From: an uncultured Chloroflexia bacterium
Lineage (GTDB): Bacteria; Chloroflexota; UBA6077; JACCZL01
NCBI GenBank assembly: GCA_963765765.1
Contig: CAVXYC010000015.1
Span: 352,001 to 416,000, forward strand
Direction of reading: 5' to 3'
Length of the DNA: 64,000 nucleotides
Part shown: positions 43,153-54,035 of the stretch, one piece after another
How the letters are laid out: each line of letters starts with the position of its first letter
Numbering within the stretch: position 1 is the stretch's first letter
The notes under the pieces: model-generated
The model's database searches: none
The model's input: only the letters and a program-made list of their open reading frames with translations
What the model was told of the DNA's origin: nothing
Program-made: the position numbers and the translations under genes

Positions 43153-45953
43153 TTGTCACTACCGAGTGGCACGGTCACATTCCTGTTCACCGACATCGAG
43201 GGCAGTACTCGGCGCTGGGATCAGTTCGGCGCGGCCATGGATGCGGTCGTCGCTCGGCATGACTCGCTTACTGACCGACATTGTGTCCGGCCACGGCGGA
43301 GTGGTGTTCAAGACGGTCGGCGACGCGGTGTGCGCGGCCTTTGAACGACCGCTCGACGCGGCTGTGGCCGCCCTCGAGATCCAGAGCACGCTCCAGGATG
43401 ACTCCTGGGAGGACGTGGGTGGGCTGCGGGTGCGCGTCGGCATTCATAGTGGCACTGCCTTTGCGCGTGACCAGGATTATTTCGGCCCAGTAGTAAACCG
43501 CGTGGCGCGGATCGTAAACGCGGCGCATGGCCAGCAGATTCTCGTTTCGCAAGCCACGGCGGATCTCATCATGGACGAGCTCCCGGCCGGTGCGGAGCTG
43601 AGGGACCTTGGTGAGCATCGACTCAAGGATCTTGCACGCCCCGAGCGTATCTTTCAGCTCACCGCGTCAGCCTTGCGCGTGGAATTTCCGCCACTGCGAA
43701 CGCTGGACTGGCACCCAAACAATCTGCCAACGCAGCTCACCACGCTGGTGGGCCGCGAGCACGATATCGCACTGGCTCGGGAGCTCTTGCTTGAGCGCGA
43801 GATTCGACTCCTGACGTTGACGGGACCAGGAGGGGTCGGTAAGACCCATCTTGCGCTGCAGATCGCGGCTGAGCTACTCCACGATTTTGCCGATGGCGCC
43901 TTCTGGGTGCCGCTCGCAACTGTCGCGGACTCTACTCACGTTCTTCCGGCCATTGCGAGTGTTCTCGGTGTGCGCGAGATTCAAGGGGTATCGCTCTTTG
44001 ACGGTGTTGTCGCGGCCCTGCGCGATAAACACATGCTTCTGGTTCTGGACAACTCCGAGCACGTGTTATCAGCAGCTACCGAGCTGGCAGCGCTGCTGGC
44101 CGCCTGCCGCCGGTTACACGTGCTGGTGACCAGTCGGGCTCTCCTGCGGCTTTATGGTGAGCATGACCTTCCAGTGGAGCCGCTCTCCGTACCAAGTGCT
44201 ACACGCCGTCAGACTCCATCACTCGAAGAGCTCATGAGCTACGACGCCATCAGTCTGTTCTCCGAACGAGCCCGCGCGGTGCGTCCGGAGTTCAGCCTCA
44301 CGGACGCGAACGCGGATTCCGTCGCCGAGCTCTGTCGTCGGTTGGATGGATTGCCGCTGGCTATCGAGCTGGCCGCGGCGCAGGTGCGGCTGCTCACGCC
44401 TCAGGCGACCCTCGCGCGTATCGATGCCGGACGTGGAAAGCCATCGCAGCTCCGTGTTATCGGTCATGGCCCACGAGACTTGCCCGTGCGCCATCAGAGT
44501 CTCAGTGCCAACATTGCCTGGAGCCACGATTTACTGGATGATGCCGAGCGAGTCCTATTCCGCCGGGCTCTCCGTGTTTATCGGTAGTAGCGGATTTGAC
44601 GCCATCGAACGCGTCTGCGGCCAGGATGACGAGATTGATGCCCTGGATACTCTCGCATCGCTCGTGGACAAGAGCCTGGTCAGGGTGGATGAAACCGTGC
44701 TTGAACCGCGGTATCGCATGCTCGAGACAATCCGCGCGTTCGCGGAAGAGAAACTACTGGAATCCGGCGAAGTGGAGCACATCCGTTCCGCGCATCGCGC
44801 CTATTTCGTCGAAGTGGCCGAGTACGCTGAGCAGCATTGGTGGGGCCCTGAACAGGCCCAGCTCATGGACCGTCTTCACGAGGAGCAGGACAACGTACGG
44901 TCGGCGCTTCGCTGGAGTATCGAGCGAGGCGAGGTCGAGATCGGTTTGCGATTAGCCTCCTCCATCTGGAGGTTCTGGGAAGCTCGCGGTCGACTTCGTG
45001 AAGGTAGAGAGTGGTTTGAGCGCTTCCTGGCGTTGGCTGACGACGGAGTCAGCGACGCCGTGCGTGCACGGGCGCTGAGTGGGCTCGGCATCCTGGCCTT
45101 CCGACAGGGCGACTATGGCAGCGCGCGAGATGCGCAGGAACACAGTCTTGCGATCCGACGAAAGCTTGGCGCAGTCAGCGGAATTGCCATGTCCCTCAGC
45201 CACCTCGGGGATGTAGCACGACAGTTTGGAGACCTGGATGAGGCGCGCGCGTATTACGAGGAAAGCCTGGAGCTGCGTCGCTCCATCGGATATCGCGCTG
45301 GCGTTGCGATCTCTTTGACCAAGCTCGCGCTCATCGTTCGTCTGGATGGAGATCTCGCAGGGGCTCAAGCACTGTTCGATGAGTCGTTAGTGCTTCATAG
45401 AGCGGTGGGCAATCGCTCGTGGGAAGCCGCGGTGCTCAACTACCTGGGGCGAATTGCCTTTTACCAGCATGATGCGGAGCGGGCACGGGCTCTCCATATG
45501 GAGAGTCTAGAGATTCGCCGCGAAACGGGGGAGCGATGGGAATTGGCCATGGCTCTCTGTCACCTGGGTGATGCTGAGATGCAGCTCGGTGACCTGATCG
45601 GAGCACGTTCAGCCCTCGTACAGAGCCTCAGACAGTGGCATGAGCTGGGCGATACGTGGGGAGTTGCTTACGCATTGGAGAGTCTTGGCTACCTGGCGCA
45701 CAAGCAATCAGACATTCCGATGGCGGTTCGGCTTTTCGCGGCCAGCGCTCGTGCGAGGCAACAACTACACGCACCAGCGTCCGCGGCGGGCCAGGAGCGT
45801 CTTAAACGTGTGCTCGGGGAGTGTGAGACGGCAATTGGCTCGGATGAATTTCAGCGGCTCTGGGACGCGTCAACACACGCAGGCCCAACTGAGCTCATCC
45901 AGCAGATCCTGGAGACAAGCGTGGGCGCACCACTGTCTACTTCTTCTGCGTAG
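43153..45953 (+). CDS. Class III adenylate/guanylate cyclase - STAND (NB-ARC-like) ATPase - TPR protein; frameshifts near 43265 and 44570
   Basis: LPSGTVTFLFTDIEGST, FKTVGDA, DYFGPVVNRVAR, GPGGVGKT, LVLDN, LDGLPLAIELAAA, TPR repeats. Confidence 0.9.
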
Positions 45954-45967
45954 ACGATCAGTCGTCG

Positions 45968-46522
45968 CTAAAAGTGCATCTGGGGAACCGCGCGCTCAGC
46001 CTCATCCGTCAGGGTGAAGAGCGACTCTGGCCCAAAGCCAAAGGCACCTGCGATCAAGCTCGCCGGAACGGACTCTCTGGCCGTGTTGTATTCCATAACC
46101 GAGTCGTTGTAGGCCTGACGCGAGAAGCCCACTCGGTTCTCCGTGGAGGAAACCTCCTCCTGGAGTGCAAGCATATTCTGGTTGGCTCTGAGCTCGGGAT
46201 AGGCCTCTGAAACGGCGAAGAGCGAACGGAGTGCGCCGGTAAGCGCATTCTCTGCCTCGGCACGCTCAGTAACCTTGTTTCCCGCGGATATAGCTCGCTC
46301 CCGCGCAGAAGTCACTTGCTCCATTACACCTCGCTCATGGGTCATGTAGCCTTTAACCGATTCCACGAGATTCGATATGAGGTCGTGGCGACGTTTGAGC
46401 TGAACATCGATCTGCGCCCAGGCATTGCGCACACGATTTCGCTTGCCTACCAGCCCATTGTAGGCGCTGAGGATGCACAGGGCGATGATCATGATGACAC
46501 CGATCGTTACAAACAGTTCCAT
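45968..46522 (-). CDS. lemA: LemA family protein
   Basis: YNGLVGKRNRVRNAWAQIDVQLKRRHDL, YPELRAN, RQAYND. Confidence 0.93.
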   Translation of the reverse strand: MELFVTIGVIMIIALCILSAYNGLVGKRNRVRNAWAQIDVQLKRRHDLISNLVESVKGYMTHERGVMEQVTSARERAISAGNKVTERAEAENALTGALRSLFAVSEAYPELRANQNMLALQEEVSSTENRVGFSRQAYNDSVMEYNTARESVPASLIAGAFGFGPESLFTLTDEAERAVPQMHF

Positions 46523-46549
46523 GTAGTCATCCTCAAGCAGCCGGTCTGA

Positions 46550-47553
46550 TTAGTTGATACCGGGGACTAACAGGACCATGACCAGGCCCATTCCAATTTC
46601 AAACGCCAGGAACGCTAGCATGGTTATCAGTCCAATAGCCACTGCCATCAACCCGCCGCAGATCACCAGAAGCGGGCCGACGATCAATGCCAGAATTCTT
46701 TTGTTTGCCGCCGACATCGGAGGCCCGAGCTGGCCCGTTTCATTCAAATGTGCACCCTGGGCACGGAGACGACTCAATCGCTTTGTGAGCGATGGATGCA
46801 TGTCACCAAGTGACATCGTTTCTCCGCCAAAGGTTCCGTCCTCCGCCCTGCTTGCGCGGCGACCGCCTCGGCAGGGGCGCTGCGCGCCGCTTCCATTGAC
46901 CTGCGGATTCGCTCCGCCATCAGCTTGTCGCTGACCTGCTCGCGAAGCTCGGCCATCCGTCGCATGCGGTCCGCCGTGGCCCCCTCACTCGCGGCGCCAC
47001 CGCCCACAATGAACAGATGCGACGCCCATTCGCCACCGGGGATGAGTCCTCCACGGGCCGCGAGTGCCTCCAGCGCTCGGCCCAGGCCGTCAGGATTTCT
47101 CGTGAGCTGCACCGCCGTAGCGTCGGCCAGGAACCGTCGGGTTCGCCAGGCCCAGGCAATGGACTGTCCCATGAGCACGCTGCCTACAACGGTGAGGACC
47201 ATTTTGCCGAAGAGACTGAGCAGCAACCAGGGAATGAGCACGATTCGGCGAGCGTTCAATAGCACCTTCATAACCGGATTAAGGCTGTGTGCCTCAGGTG
47301 CGTCCAGGATGACGTTGATCTCGTTCATGCGCCTATCGGCCATGCTCTCTGCCAGGAGAGAAGCGGCAATAACGGCCGGGCTTTGACCCTTGTCGCGACC
47401 ACCCGTGATGAGGAGTACTTGAGGCGCCGGCAGACCAGCGGCGATAGCCATCTCGTTGACGACGTTTACGAGCTGATGCTCCTCGAGATCGCCGGTGACG
47501 GTCTCACGCGTACCCAGCTGCAACAGTACACCGCCCGCGCCGTCATGCTGCAC
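46550..47553 (-). pseudogene. Truncated / internally deleted HtpX-like M48 peptidase
   Basis: NVVNEMAIAAGLPAP, RFLADATAVQLTRNPDGLGRAL, SHLFI, HPSLTKRL; no HExxH and no N-terminal TM region visible; next to lemA. Confidence 0.65.
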
Positions 47554-47748
47554 GCCGTCTCCCTGGTTCGAGGATGGTTGATGATCCTTCGGGACTCAAT
47601 GCGCGCCGCGGCGTGGAAGAGCGTCGCCTTTGCTCCAAGCGACGTTTCCGATGCGGGGGTTGGCGAAGTGAAGGCAGCGCTTCCCAGCCGCACTCGAGGC
47701 CAGTCCCGGCTATCATTCGAATTGACGGATCCGTTAGGGGGTAAGTCT

Positions 47749-48660
47749 GTGGAGCTGCCGCGCGAAGTAACGATTCGAGAAGTGGGAACCAGAGACGGGA
47801 TCCAGATTCTCGGTGTTCAGATTCCAACCGATCAGAAGATCGAGCTCATCGAACGACTGGTTGACGCCGGGATTCGGCGCATCGAGGCCACTTCATTCGT
47901 GCATCCGAAGTACGTTCCGCAAATGGCAGATGCCGAGGCGGTCATGCGCTCGGTACGAAGGAAGCCGGGCGTCTCATACGAGGCGCTGGTGCCCAATGCC
48001 CGCGGCGCTGAGCGGGCGCTCTCCGTCGGGGTTGATCGGCTTGTTCTTGTGGTCGCGGCAAGCGAGACCTTCAATCAGAAGAACGTGCGCATGTCCCTTG
48101 CAGACTCGTTCAAGTCGTTCGAGGAGATTGCGCGCCTAGCTCGCGAAGCGCATGTCCCCATCAAAGGTGGCCTGGCCACCTCGTTCGGCTGCCCGTATGA
48201 AGGCGGCGTCTCTGATGCACGCGTACACCAGGTCATCCAGCAGTTTGTTGATCTCGGGGCTGACGAAATTGGGCTCGCTGACACCACCGGGATGGCAAAC
48301 CCAGGCCAGGTGTCAACCATGATTCCGCCAATCCGTGAGCGTTGGCCTGAGCTACATCTCGGCCTGCATTTCCACAATACGCGCGGTATGGGCCTCGCCA
48401 ACGTCTTAGCCGGACTTCAAGTAGGCATCGCCATGTACGACGCCTCCATCGGCGGCATGGGCGGCTGCCCGTTTGCGCCACGGGCCACAGGCAACGTGTG
48501 CACCGAAGACACCGTACACATGCTGGAAGAGATGGGTGTGAGTACTGGCGCCAGTGTGAGCGGGCTCATCGACTGTGCCAGGTTCGCGGCTGATCTGGTG
48601 GGCGCAGAGCTCCCCGGCCAGGTCATGAAGGCAGGTCCCAGAGCACAAATCGCCGCTTGA
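47749..48660 (+). CDS. HMG-CoA lyase family protein
   Basis: EVGTRDGIQ, TSFVHPKYVPQMAD, LADTTG, HFHNTRG, GGCPFAPRATGN. Confidence 0.92.
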   Translation: MELPREVTIREVGTRDGIQILGVQIPTDQKIELIERLVDAGIRRIEATSFVHPKYVPQMADAEAVMRSVRRKPGVSYEALVPNARGAERALSVGVDRLVLVVAASETFNQKNVRMSLADSFKSFEEIARLAREAHVPIKGGLATSFGCPYEGGVSDARVHQVIQQFVDLGADEIGLADTTGMANPGQVSTMIPPIRERWPELHLGLHFHNTRGMGLANVLAGLQVGIAMYDASIGGMGGCPFAPRATGNVCTEDTVHMLEEMGVSTGASVSGLIDCARFAADLVGAELPGQVMKAGPRAQIAA

Positions 48661-48767
48661 CCCACGGCCGCTCGCGAGCAATTACACTCAGGGATATACG
48701 TTTGTCAGTGGGCGGACCCAGACTCCCTGGTCGGTTGCGGCGTACAGATTGGTTCCGTCAATCGCGA

Positions 48768-49172
48768 TCACGAGCGACTCAACCGACCCTGGCGCCGTCC
48801 CGAGATCTCGCCACGATGCACCGGCGTCGGGCGTGCAGAACGCGCTCGAGGTGACCCCCTGGGCTGACCACTTTGCCTCTCAAACGTTGTTGCCGCCACA
48901 CAAGCGCGCTGTGGATCGCCTGGATATTGAGTGAGTCCTTGAAGCTCAATGTACGGATGGCCAGCTTCAAAGCTTCGTGATGGAAGGAGGCCAACTTCTT
49001 GCCAGGTTGAGTCTCGATCGTCCAGACGATAGAGGCCAAATCCCGGCGATCGAGCGTCCTTGACAGTGAGCAGCCAAATCTTGGGCGTTGGACCGGCCAG
49101 AGGCTCGCGCGGGTACTCCGGCCGATGTTCAAAGAGTTTCGATCTGGTGTCTCCCTGGTCCACGGACTCCAA
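48768..49172 (-). CDS. Hypothetical protein
   Basis: ORF only, no recognisable motif. Confidence 0.3.
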   Translation of the reverse strand: MESVDQGDTRSKLFEHRPEYPREPLAGPTPKIWLLTVKDARSPGFGLYRLDDRDSTWQEVGLLPSRSFEAGHPYIELQGLTQYPGDPQRACVAATTFERQSGQPRGSPRARSARPTPVHRGEISGRRQGRLSRS

Positions 49173-49207
49173 TCAGGTCTTGCCCTGAGAGGTCAGAGCT
49201 CGAAGCC

Positions 49208-49969
49208 TCAGTGGAAGACTCTTCCGCCGTCGATAACCAGTGTCTGGCCCGTGGTGCTGTCCGTACGGGCGAATGCAAGCACTTGTTCGGCCACGTCTTC
49301 CTTATAGGCGGCCCTCTTCAAGAGCGCTCCATCGCGCGCTGACTGAGCAGCTTGCGGTGTGAGGTTCTCCGTCATACGTGTTCCCTCGAGCAGGCCGGGC
49401 GCCACGCAGTTCACCAGGATGTCCGGAGCAAGTGCTACGGCCATGCAGCGTGTCAGGTGATTCAGTCCGGATTTCGAGACCGCGTAGGCGATGGAGCTAC
49501 CGCCGGGATTCAGCCCCGCCACTGACGAGATATTGATGATGCGACCGACGCCCTGCTGTTTCATGACGGGCGCTACGGCCTTGATGCAGCGGAACGGGCC
49601 GGTGAGATTCGTTGTGAGGATCTTGTTCCAGAGCTCGTCTGTCAAACCGTCGAGGTTGGTGAACGCGACCGACTGGTTGAATGCCGCGTCATTTACGAGA
49701 ATGTCGATCGCGCCGAATTCGGCCATCGTCTGCTCTACGAGCTTTTCGCAGCCCTCCACCGTGGCTACGTCGGCTTGGAACGGGACCACCCGCGCATCGG
49801 CTCGACTCAGCTCTTTCGCACGCTTGTTTGCCAACTCCGCCGATTCGCGATATACCAGTGCAACGTGTGCCCCCGCCAGGGCAAATCTATCCACGATCAC
49901 TCCGCCAAGCCCGCCGGTACCTCCGGTGACAATGGCAACTTTTCCAGCTAGATCCATGGTGACCCTCAC
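49208..49969 (-). CDS. Short-chain dehydrogenase/reductase
   Basis: TGGTGGLG, ILVNDAA, YAVSK. Confidence 0.92.
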   Translation of the reverse strand: MRVTMDLAGKVAIVTGGTGGLGGVIVDRFALAGAHVALVYRESAELANKRAKELSRADARVVPFQADVATVEGCEKLVEQTMAEFGAIDILVNDAAFNQSVAFTNLDGLTDELWNKILTTNLTGPFRCIKAVAPVMKQQGVGRIINISSVAGLNPGGSSIAYAVSKSGLNHLTRCMAVALAPDILVNCVAPGLLEGTRMTENLTPQAAQSARDGALLKRAAYKEDVAEQVLAFARTDSTTGQTLVIDGGRVFH

Positions 49970-50036
49970 ATCAGCGCTTCGGGCCGAATAGTAGCAGGGC
50001 CGATGTGAGTCGCGGTCGAATTGAGTGAGAAGTCAG

Positions 50037-51095
50037 CTAGCGAACAGACGTAGCCGAGTGGTGAGCTTGGTTCTCGGGCCTCTGATTCAAGCGTTCAGCG
50101 GCCCGCTCCCCCAGAGTGGTGACTGCCCGATACCAACCAGTCGATGACCGAGCGATCTGTCCACCCTCCCTCAAGCCAGACTCACCTGGCTTGCTTTTCG
50201 GAAGGACAAATCGGTTCACCAATGAGAGCAAATCCACCGTAAGACCTGGAAATATTCCATGGAACGTGGCCGCTGTCACCGCAGGTAACGAAAGGACTCG
50301 GTCGGGCTCGCCCCGCTCAAGCGCCGAGATGACCTGTTGAGCGGCGCGATCCGCGTCCATTGCAAGCAATGGGGCGCTTGCCCCCAGCCCGAACCAGGTC
50401 AGCTCGTCTTCCTGGCGACCTTTGAACTGCGCGTGCAGATGAGAGCCCGTGCGCATCAACCCCGGCGCGATGTTGGTGACATGAACGCCGTGCTGTCGAA
50501 CTTCCGCGGCCAGTCCTTGAGTGAACCCAACTGCCGCGAATTTCGCACTGGAGTACGGAAGCAGGTGCGGAACGCTGATCTTCCCGCCGATCGAGGTGAT
50601 ATTGACAATGTGACCCCGACGGCGTTCGATCATCGAAGGTAAGACGGCGAGCGACGTGTTGACCACTCCCCAGTACATGACGTCCATAGCTTCACGAAAG
50701 TCACGGATGTCCATGGTCTCCACGGGGCCCACCTGGATGATGCCGGCAACGTTGATCAGGATATCGATGGGTCCGAGACGTTCAGTCGTTTCTCGGGTGA
50801 CGTTTTTCATCTGCTCGGGATCCGAGACGTCGCCCGGAATTGTAAGGATGCTTGCGCCGGTGTTGGACTCGAGCTTCTCCCTGGCGCGCTGCAGCGTCTC
50901 GCTGTCGCGGGCACAGATGGCGACCCGACAACCCTGCTGAGCCAGCTTGCCAGCCAACAAAAGTCCCAGGCCGCGGGACCCTCCAGTGATCAGTGCCACT
51001 TGTCCGGTGAGATCGTCGGGGCGGCGTGCCTTCTGTCGTAGCAACAGGCCACCGAGGAGGCCAACGGCCGCTATGCTGCGCATTGTTCCTAGCAT
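50037..51095 (-). CDS. Short-chain dehydrogenase/reductase (extended C-terminus)
   Basis: TGGSRGLG, INVAG, YSSAK. Confidence 0.92.
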   Translation of the reverse strand: MLGTMRSIAAVGLLGGLLLRQKARRPDDLTGQVALITGGSRGLGLLLAGKLAQQGCRVAICARDSETLQRAREKLESNTGASILTIPGDVSDPEQMKNVTRETTERLGPIDILINVAGIIQVGPVETMDIRDFREAMDVMYWGVVNTSLAVLPSMIERRRGHIVNITSIGGKISVPHLLPYSSAKFAAVGFTQGLAAEVRQHGVHVTNIAPGLMRTGSHLHAQFKGRQEDELTWFGLGASAPLLAMDADRAAQQVISALERGEPDRVLSLPAVTAATFHGIFPGLTVDLLSLVNRFVLPKSKPGESGLREGGQIARSSTGWYRAVTTLGERAAERLNQRPENQAHHSATSVR

Positions 51096-51108
51096 AAAGG
51101 AGGGTGGT

Positions 51109-51123
51109 GCAATGTCTGTGCCG
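51109..51123 (-). promoter_or_regulatory. sigma54-type promoter
   Basis: CGGCAC-AGACA-TTGC(A) immediately upstream of the SDR start. Confidence 0.55.
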
Positions 51124-51206
51124 AGGGAACTATGACCGCCTGGTGCGATCGGGGTGACGGATATGGTCGGCGACGCCGTAGGGACAGCCCGGCTCAGTCC
51201 ACGACG

Positions 51207-51665
51207 CTAAGCGACAAGCCCACGCAGTCGATGCCAGAGACCATGCATGCGTGATCGTCGTGACTCTTTCTCCGCGAACAGAGGTTCGGGAGACACCCAT
51301 TCACGGGGCTCCTGGTCCAAGAGATATACAACTCCCCGCTGCAGTCCGTAAGTTGAGAGATCGGTGAGTCCCAAAAATTCGGCGCCGTTGGTCACCTGCC
51401 AGGTCACGAGCTCACCGTGCGGATCAACAGTTGCCACGACCTGTATTCGCTCGTAACGATAATTCTCTTCATCGTCGATCCCGATGAATCTCGCCAGCAC
51501 CCACGTCGCCTGATCCGGCGTGGAGAGAACGCGCCAATGGCCGGCATCAGGCTCACCCCACCGCGCGCGACCGAGCGACTCCAGCGCTCCCTGGACCATG
51601 GGTTCTAGAGATGCCCCGGCCTGAGCTAATGTGCGTGTCCAGTCACCCGTGGAGGGGCCACTCAC
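51207..51665 (-). CDS. Hypothetical protein
   Basis: 152-aa ORF coupled (GTGA overlap) to the upstream gene. Confidence 0.6.
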   Translation of the reverse strand: MSGPSTGDWTRTLAQAGASLEPMVQGALESLGRARWGEPDAGHWRVLSTPDQATWVLARFIGIDDEENYRYERIQVVATVDPHGELVTWQVTNGAEFLGLTDLSTYGLQRGVVYLLDQEPREWVSPEPLFAEKESRRSRMHGLWHRLRGLVA

Positions 51666-51904
51666 CGTGTGGACGAATGCGGCTCAGATTCCGCCTCGTC
51701 CGATTGTCGTCGGGCACGACGTAGTAATGATTCGTAGCATTGCGAGCACACGATGCTTGACCCGTCCGGGGCCATATATGGCTCCGTTTCCAGGTAGCCA
51801 TCACCGATGATGATCGTGCACTCCTCACATTGGCGGAGGTTGCTCCCCGGTGGTGGGACGAAGACGTCTTCGTCTGGGATCCGGGTCAATCTCAATGGGC
51901 TCAT
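51662..51904 (-). CDS. Small CxxC...CxxC zinc-finger-like protein
   Basis: CEEC and CSQC; GAGG RBS. Confidence 0.6.
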   Translation of the reverse strand: MSPLRLTRIPDEDVFVPPPGSNLRQCEECTIIIGDGYLETEPYMAPDGSSIVCSQCYESLLRRARRQSDEAESEPHSSTR

Positions 51905-51966
51905 TCAACCTCACCCCGTGGTGTGTAACGGCATTGTACCGTGCGCCTCAATCAAGCCTGTGCCAA

Positions 51967-52579
51967 TTACTGCAATGGCGAGAAGGCCGTGGGCGTGATG
52001 ATCCAGCTCTCCTGAGTGAGCATGGCTTCGCCAGCATTGGGCGGCCAGATCTTCTCCTCAATGGCGCGTGCTCGCGTGGCGACCCTTGTTGCCAGGTCGG
52101 GGTACGGCCACGAGATGGATCCATTTGCCGGATGGCGTGTGCCAATTTCCAAGTAGTGGTGATAGCGCCTCCCGCCCGGCGACTTTCGGGCCCCAACGCT
52201 CGATAAGTGTCGGAACGCCGTTGGCTCGAGCCTGATAGATGCGAAGCTCGAAAATTGGACCGACCTTCTCAGGTGTCCCCTTTAGCTCACGACACCAAGG
52301 CGTAGGTGTGAGTAGCTCCATCTCAGTTCGCATGATCAGATCACCCTCGTGTGGCGGCCAGGCCCCATCGGCGGCGACCGCCCTCGAGACTTCCGCGTGG
52401 TGTTGAGCGTCTTCGTACGGCCAGAGCTCAATCACCTGGAACAGCGGTCCGATCTCCGTATGCCAGGCGCCGGCGAGCGGTGATTGTCGAAGTCGCTTCG
52501 GCAGCGCCGCTTCCATGCGCTGCTCCAGCTCACGTTGACCACCCATTCGTGTGCGCGAGATGCGCAGCTCATAGATCAT
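51967..52579 (-). CDS. NIPSNAP family protein (frameshift near 52110)
   Basis: MIYELR...AWHTEIGPL..VIELWPY; second repeat IFELRIY...WIH.WPY...PTAFSPLQ. Confidence 0.85.
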
Positions 52580-52698
52580 TGTCTTCTCCGTCGCGCCTTG
52601 GCGTTGTCAATTCTGTGCGCATGCACTCGATAGAGTCATGGCGGATAATGTTTTACCGTCAACGGTCAGCTGTCAACTTTTCGGAGGTCGCCGACTCT

Positions 52699-54006
52699 AT
52701 GCTCTCACGCGAAGAAAATGAGCTTCTCTGCCGAGTTGGTCCGGAGACGCCCATGGGCCAGATGCTCAGGCGCTACTGGATTCCGGCGTGTCTTTCGCGA
52801 GAGCTGCCTGAAGCTGAAGGTGCGCCGATTCGATTGCGGCTTCTCGGGGAAGATCTTGTAGCGTTCCGAGATAGTTCGGGCAGGGTTGGTGTGATGGACG
52901 AGCTATGTCCACACCGGGGCGCTTCGTTGGTACTGGCTCGAAATGAGAACAACGCGCTCCAATGCCTCTATCACGGCTGGCGCATTGCCGCGGATGGAAC
53001 CATTCTCGAGACGCCGTGTGAGCCAGAAGAGAGCGATTTCCGATTCCGTCTGCGTCATATTGCCTATCCGGTACGTGAACAGGGTGGAATGATCTGGATC
53101 TACATGGGCGCAACGGGCACAGAGCCGGACTTCCCGGAGTTTGGTTGGACGGTAGTCCCCCACGAGCAACGGGTGCTGGTAAAGGTAATTGGCGATAGCA
53201 ATTGGGCGCAGTCACTCGAGGGCGTGATTGATTCGTCCCACTCCAGTTTTCTGCATTCGAGCGAGATCGTCGGCGCGGCGGCGCAATCGAAGCCGAACGG
53301 CACGTCCGCCTATCAGTCAGAGGGCGATGGCTTGATCGTTAAGCGACCTACCAATGATCGGGCGCCCAGGCTGGAGCCGCAGGACACGGACTACGGGTTT
53401 CGTTATGCGGCAATCCGCCGGCCCATCCAGGAGCCGGACAAGTACAAGTACATCCGTGTGACACTCTTCGTGGCGCCGTTCTTCGGGTTCATCCCGCCAC
53501 CCGCGGGTTGGGGTTTGACGGAATTCTTCGTCCCAATGGACGATGAGCATACGGCGATGTACCACGTGGAGTGGCGAGAAGACGGTCCCGTGGATCACGA
53601 ACGCCAGTACGAGCGCTCTGGCACTGTCATGGGGAAGGACATCGACGAGCGGTATCGAAAGTTCGCAAATCGAGACAACAACTGGCTCCAGGATCGCGCG
53701 GCTATGAAGGCCGGCCGGAGCTTCTCTGGTCTACGCGGGGTTCAGGTCCAGGACCAGGCGGTCCAGGAAAGCATGGGGCCGATTTACGATCGAACGCGCG
53801 AGCATCTGGGAACCAGTGACGTTGCGATCATCCGTTGGCGCCGTCTCATGCTGGACTCTGTGCGGCGATTCCAGGACGGCGGCGTCCCGATTGGTTTGGA
53901 GCGGCCAGTTCCGTACAGAGTGCTCAAGGGCGAAGAGCGAATCATTCCGATTGAAGATCCGTGGCAGGCCGTTGGCGCATTTGCCGGAGAACGCGTGGAG
54001 GCCTAG
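52699..54006 (+). CDS. Rieske non-heme iron oxygenase (phthalate 4,5-dioxygenase / vanillate demethylase-like alpha subunit)
   Basis: CPHRGASL...CLYHGW, EGVIDSSHSSFLH, QDQAVQES. Confidence 0.92.
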   Translation: MLSREENELLCRVGPETPMGQMLRRYWIPACLSRELPEAEGAPIRLRLLGEDLVAFRDSSGRVGVMDELCPHRGASLVLARNENNALQCLYHGWRIAADGTILETPCEPEESDFRFRLRHIAYPVREQGGMIWIYMGATGTEPDFPEFGWTVVPHEQRVLVKVIGDSNWAQSLEGVIDSSHSSFLHSSEIVGAAAQSKPNGTSAYQSEGDGLIVKRPTNDRAPRLEPQDTDYGFRYAAIRRPIQEPDKYKYIRVTLFVAPFFGFIPPPAGWGLTEFFVPMDDEHTAMYHVEWREDGPVDHERQYERSGTVMGKDIDERYRKFANRDNNWLQDRAAMKAGRSFSGLRGVQVQDQAVQESMGPIYDRTREHLGTSDVAIIRWRRLMLDSVRRFQDGGVPIGLERPVPYRVLKGEERIIPIEDPWQAVGAFAGERVEA

Positions 54007-54035
54007 CGAGAGAACTGACGTCTGACCTCTCGCTC

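Noticed and set aside
47287-47748. N-terminal extension of the HMG-CoA lyase
   Set aside because: It overlaps the antisense HtpX remnant; family similarity begins at GTG 47749.
51950-51966. Additional sigma54 motif (TGGCACAGGCTTGA) before the 51904 gene
   Set aside because: Spacing is one base short and the -12 GC is missing.
52351-52698. N-terminal extension of the Rieske oxygenase
   Set aside because: It overlaps the antisense NIPSNAP gene; a GGAGG RBS supports ATG 52699.
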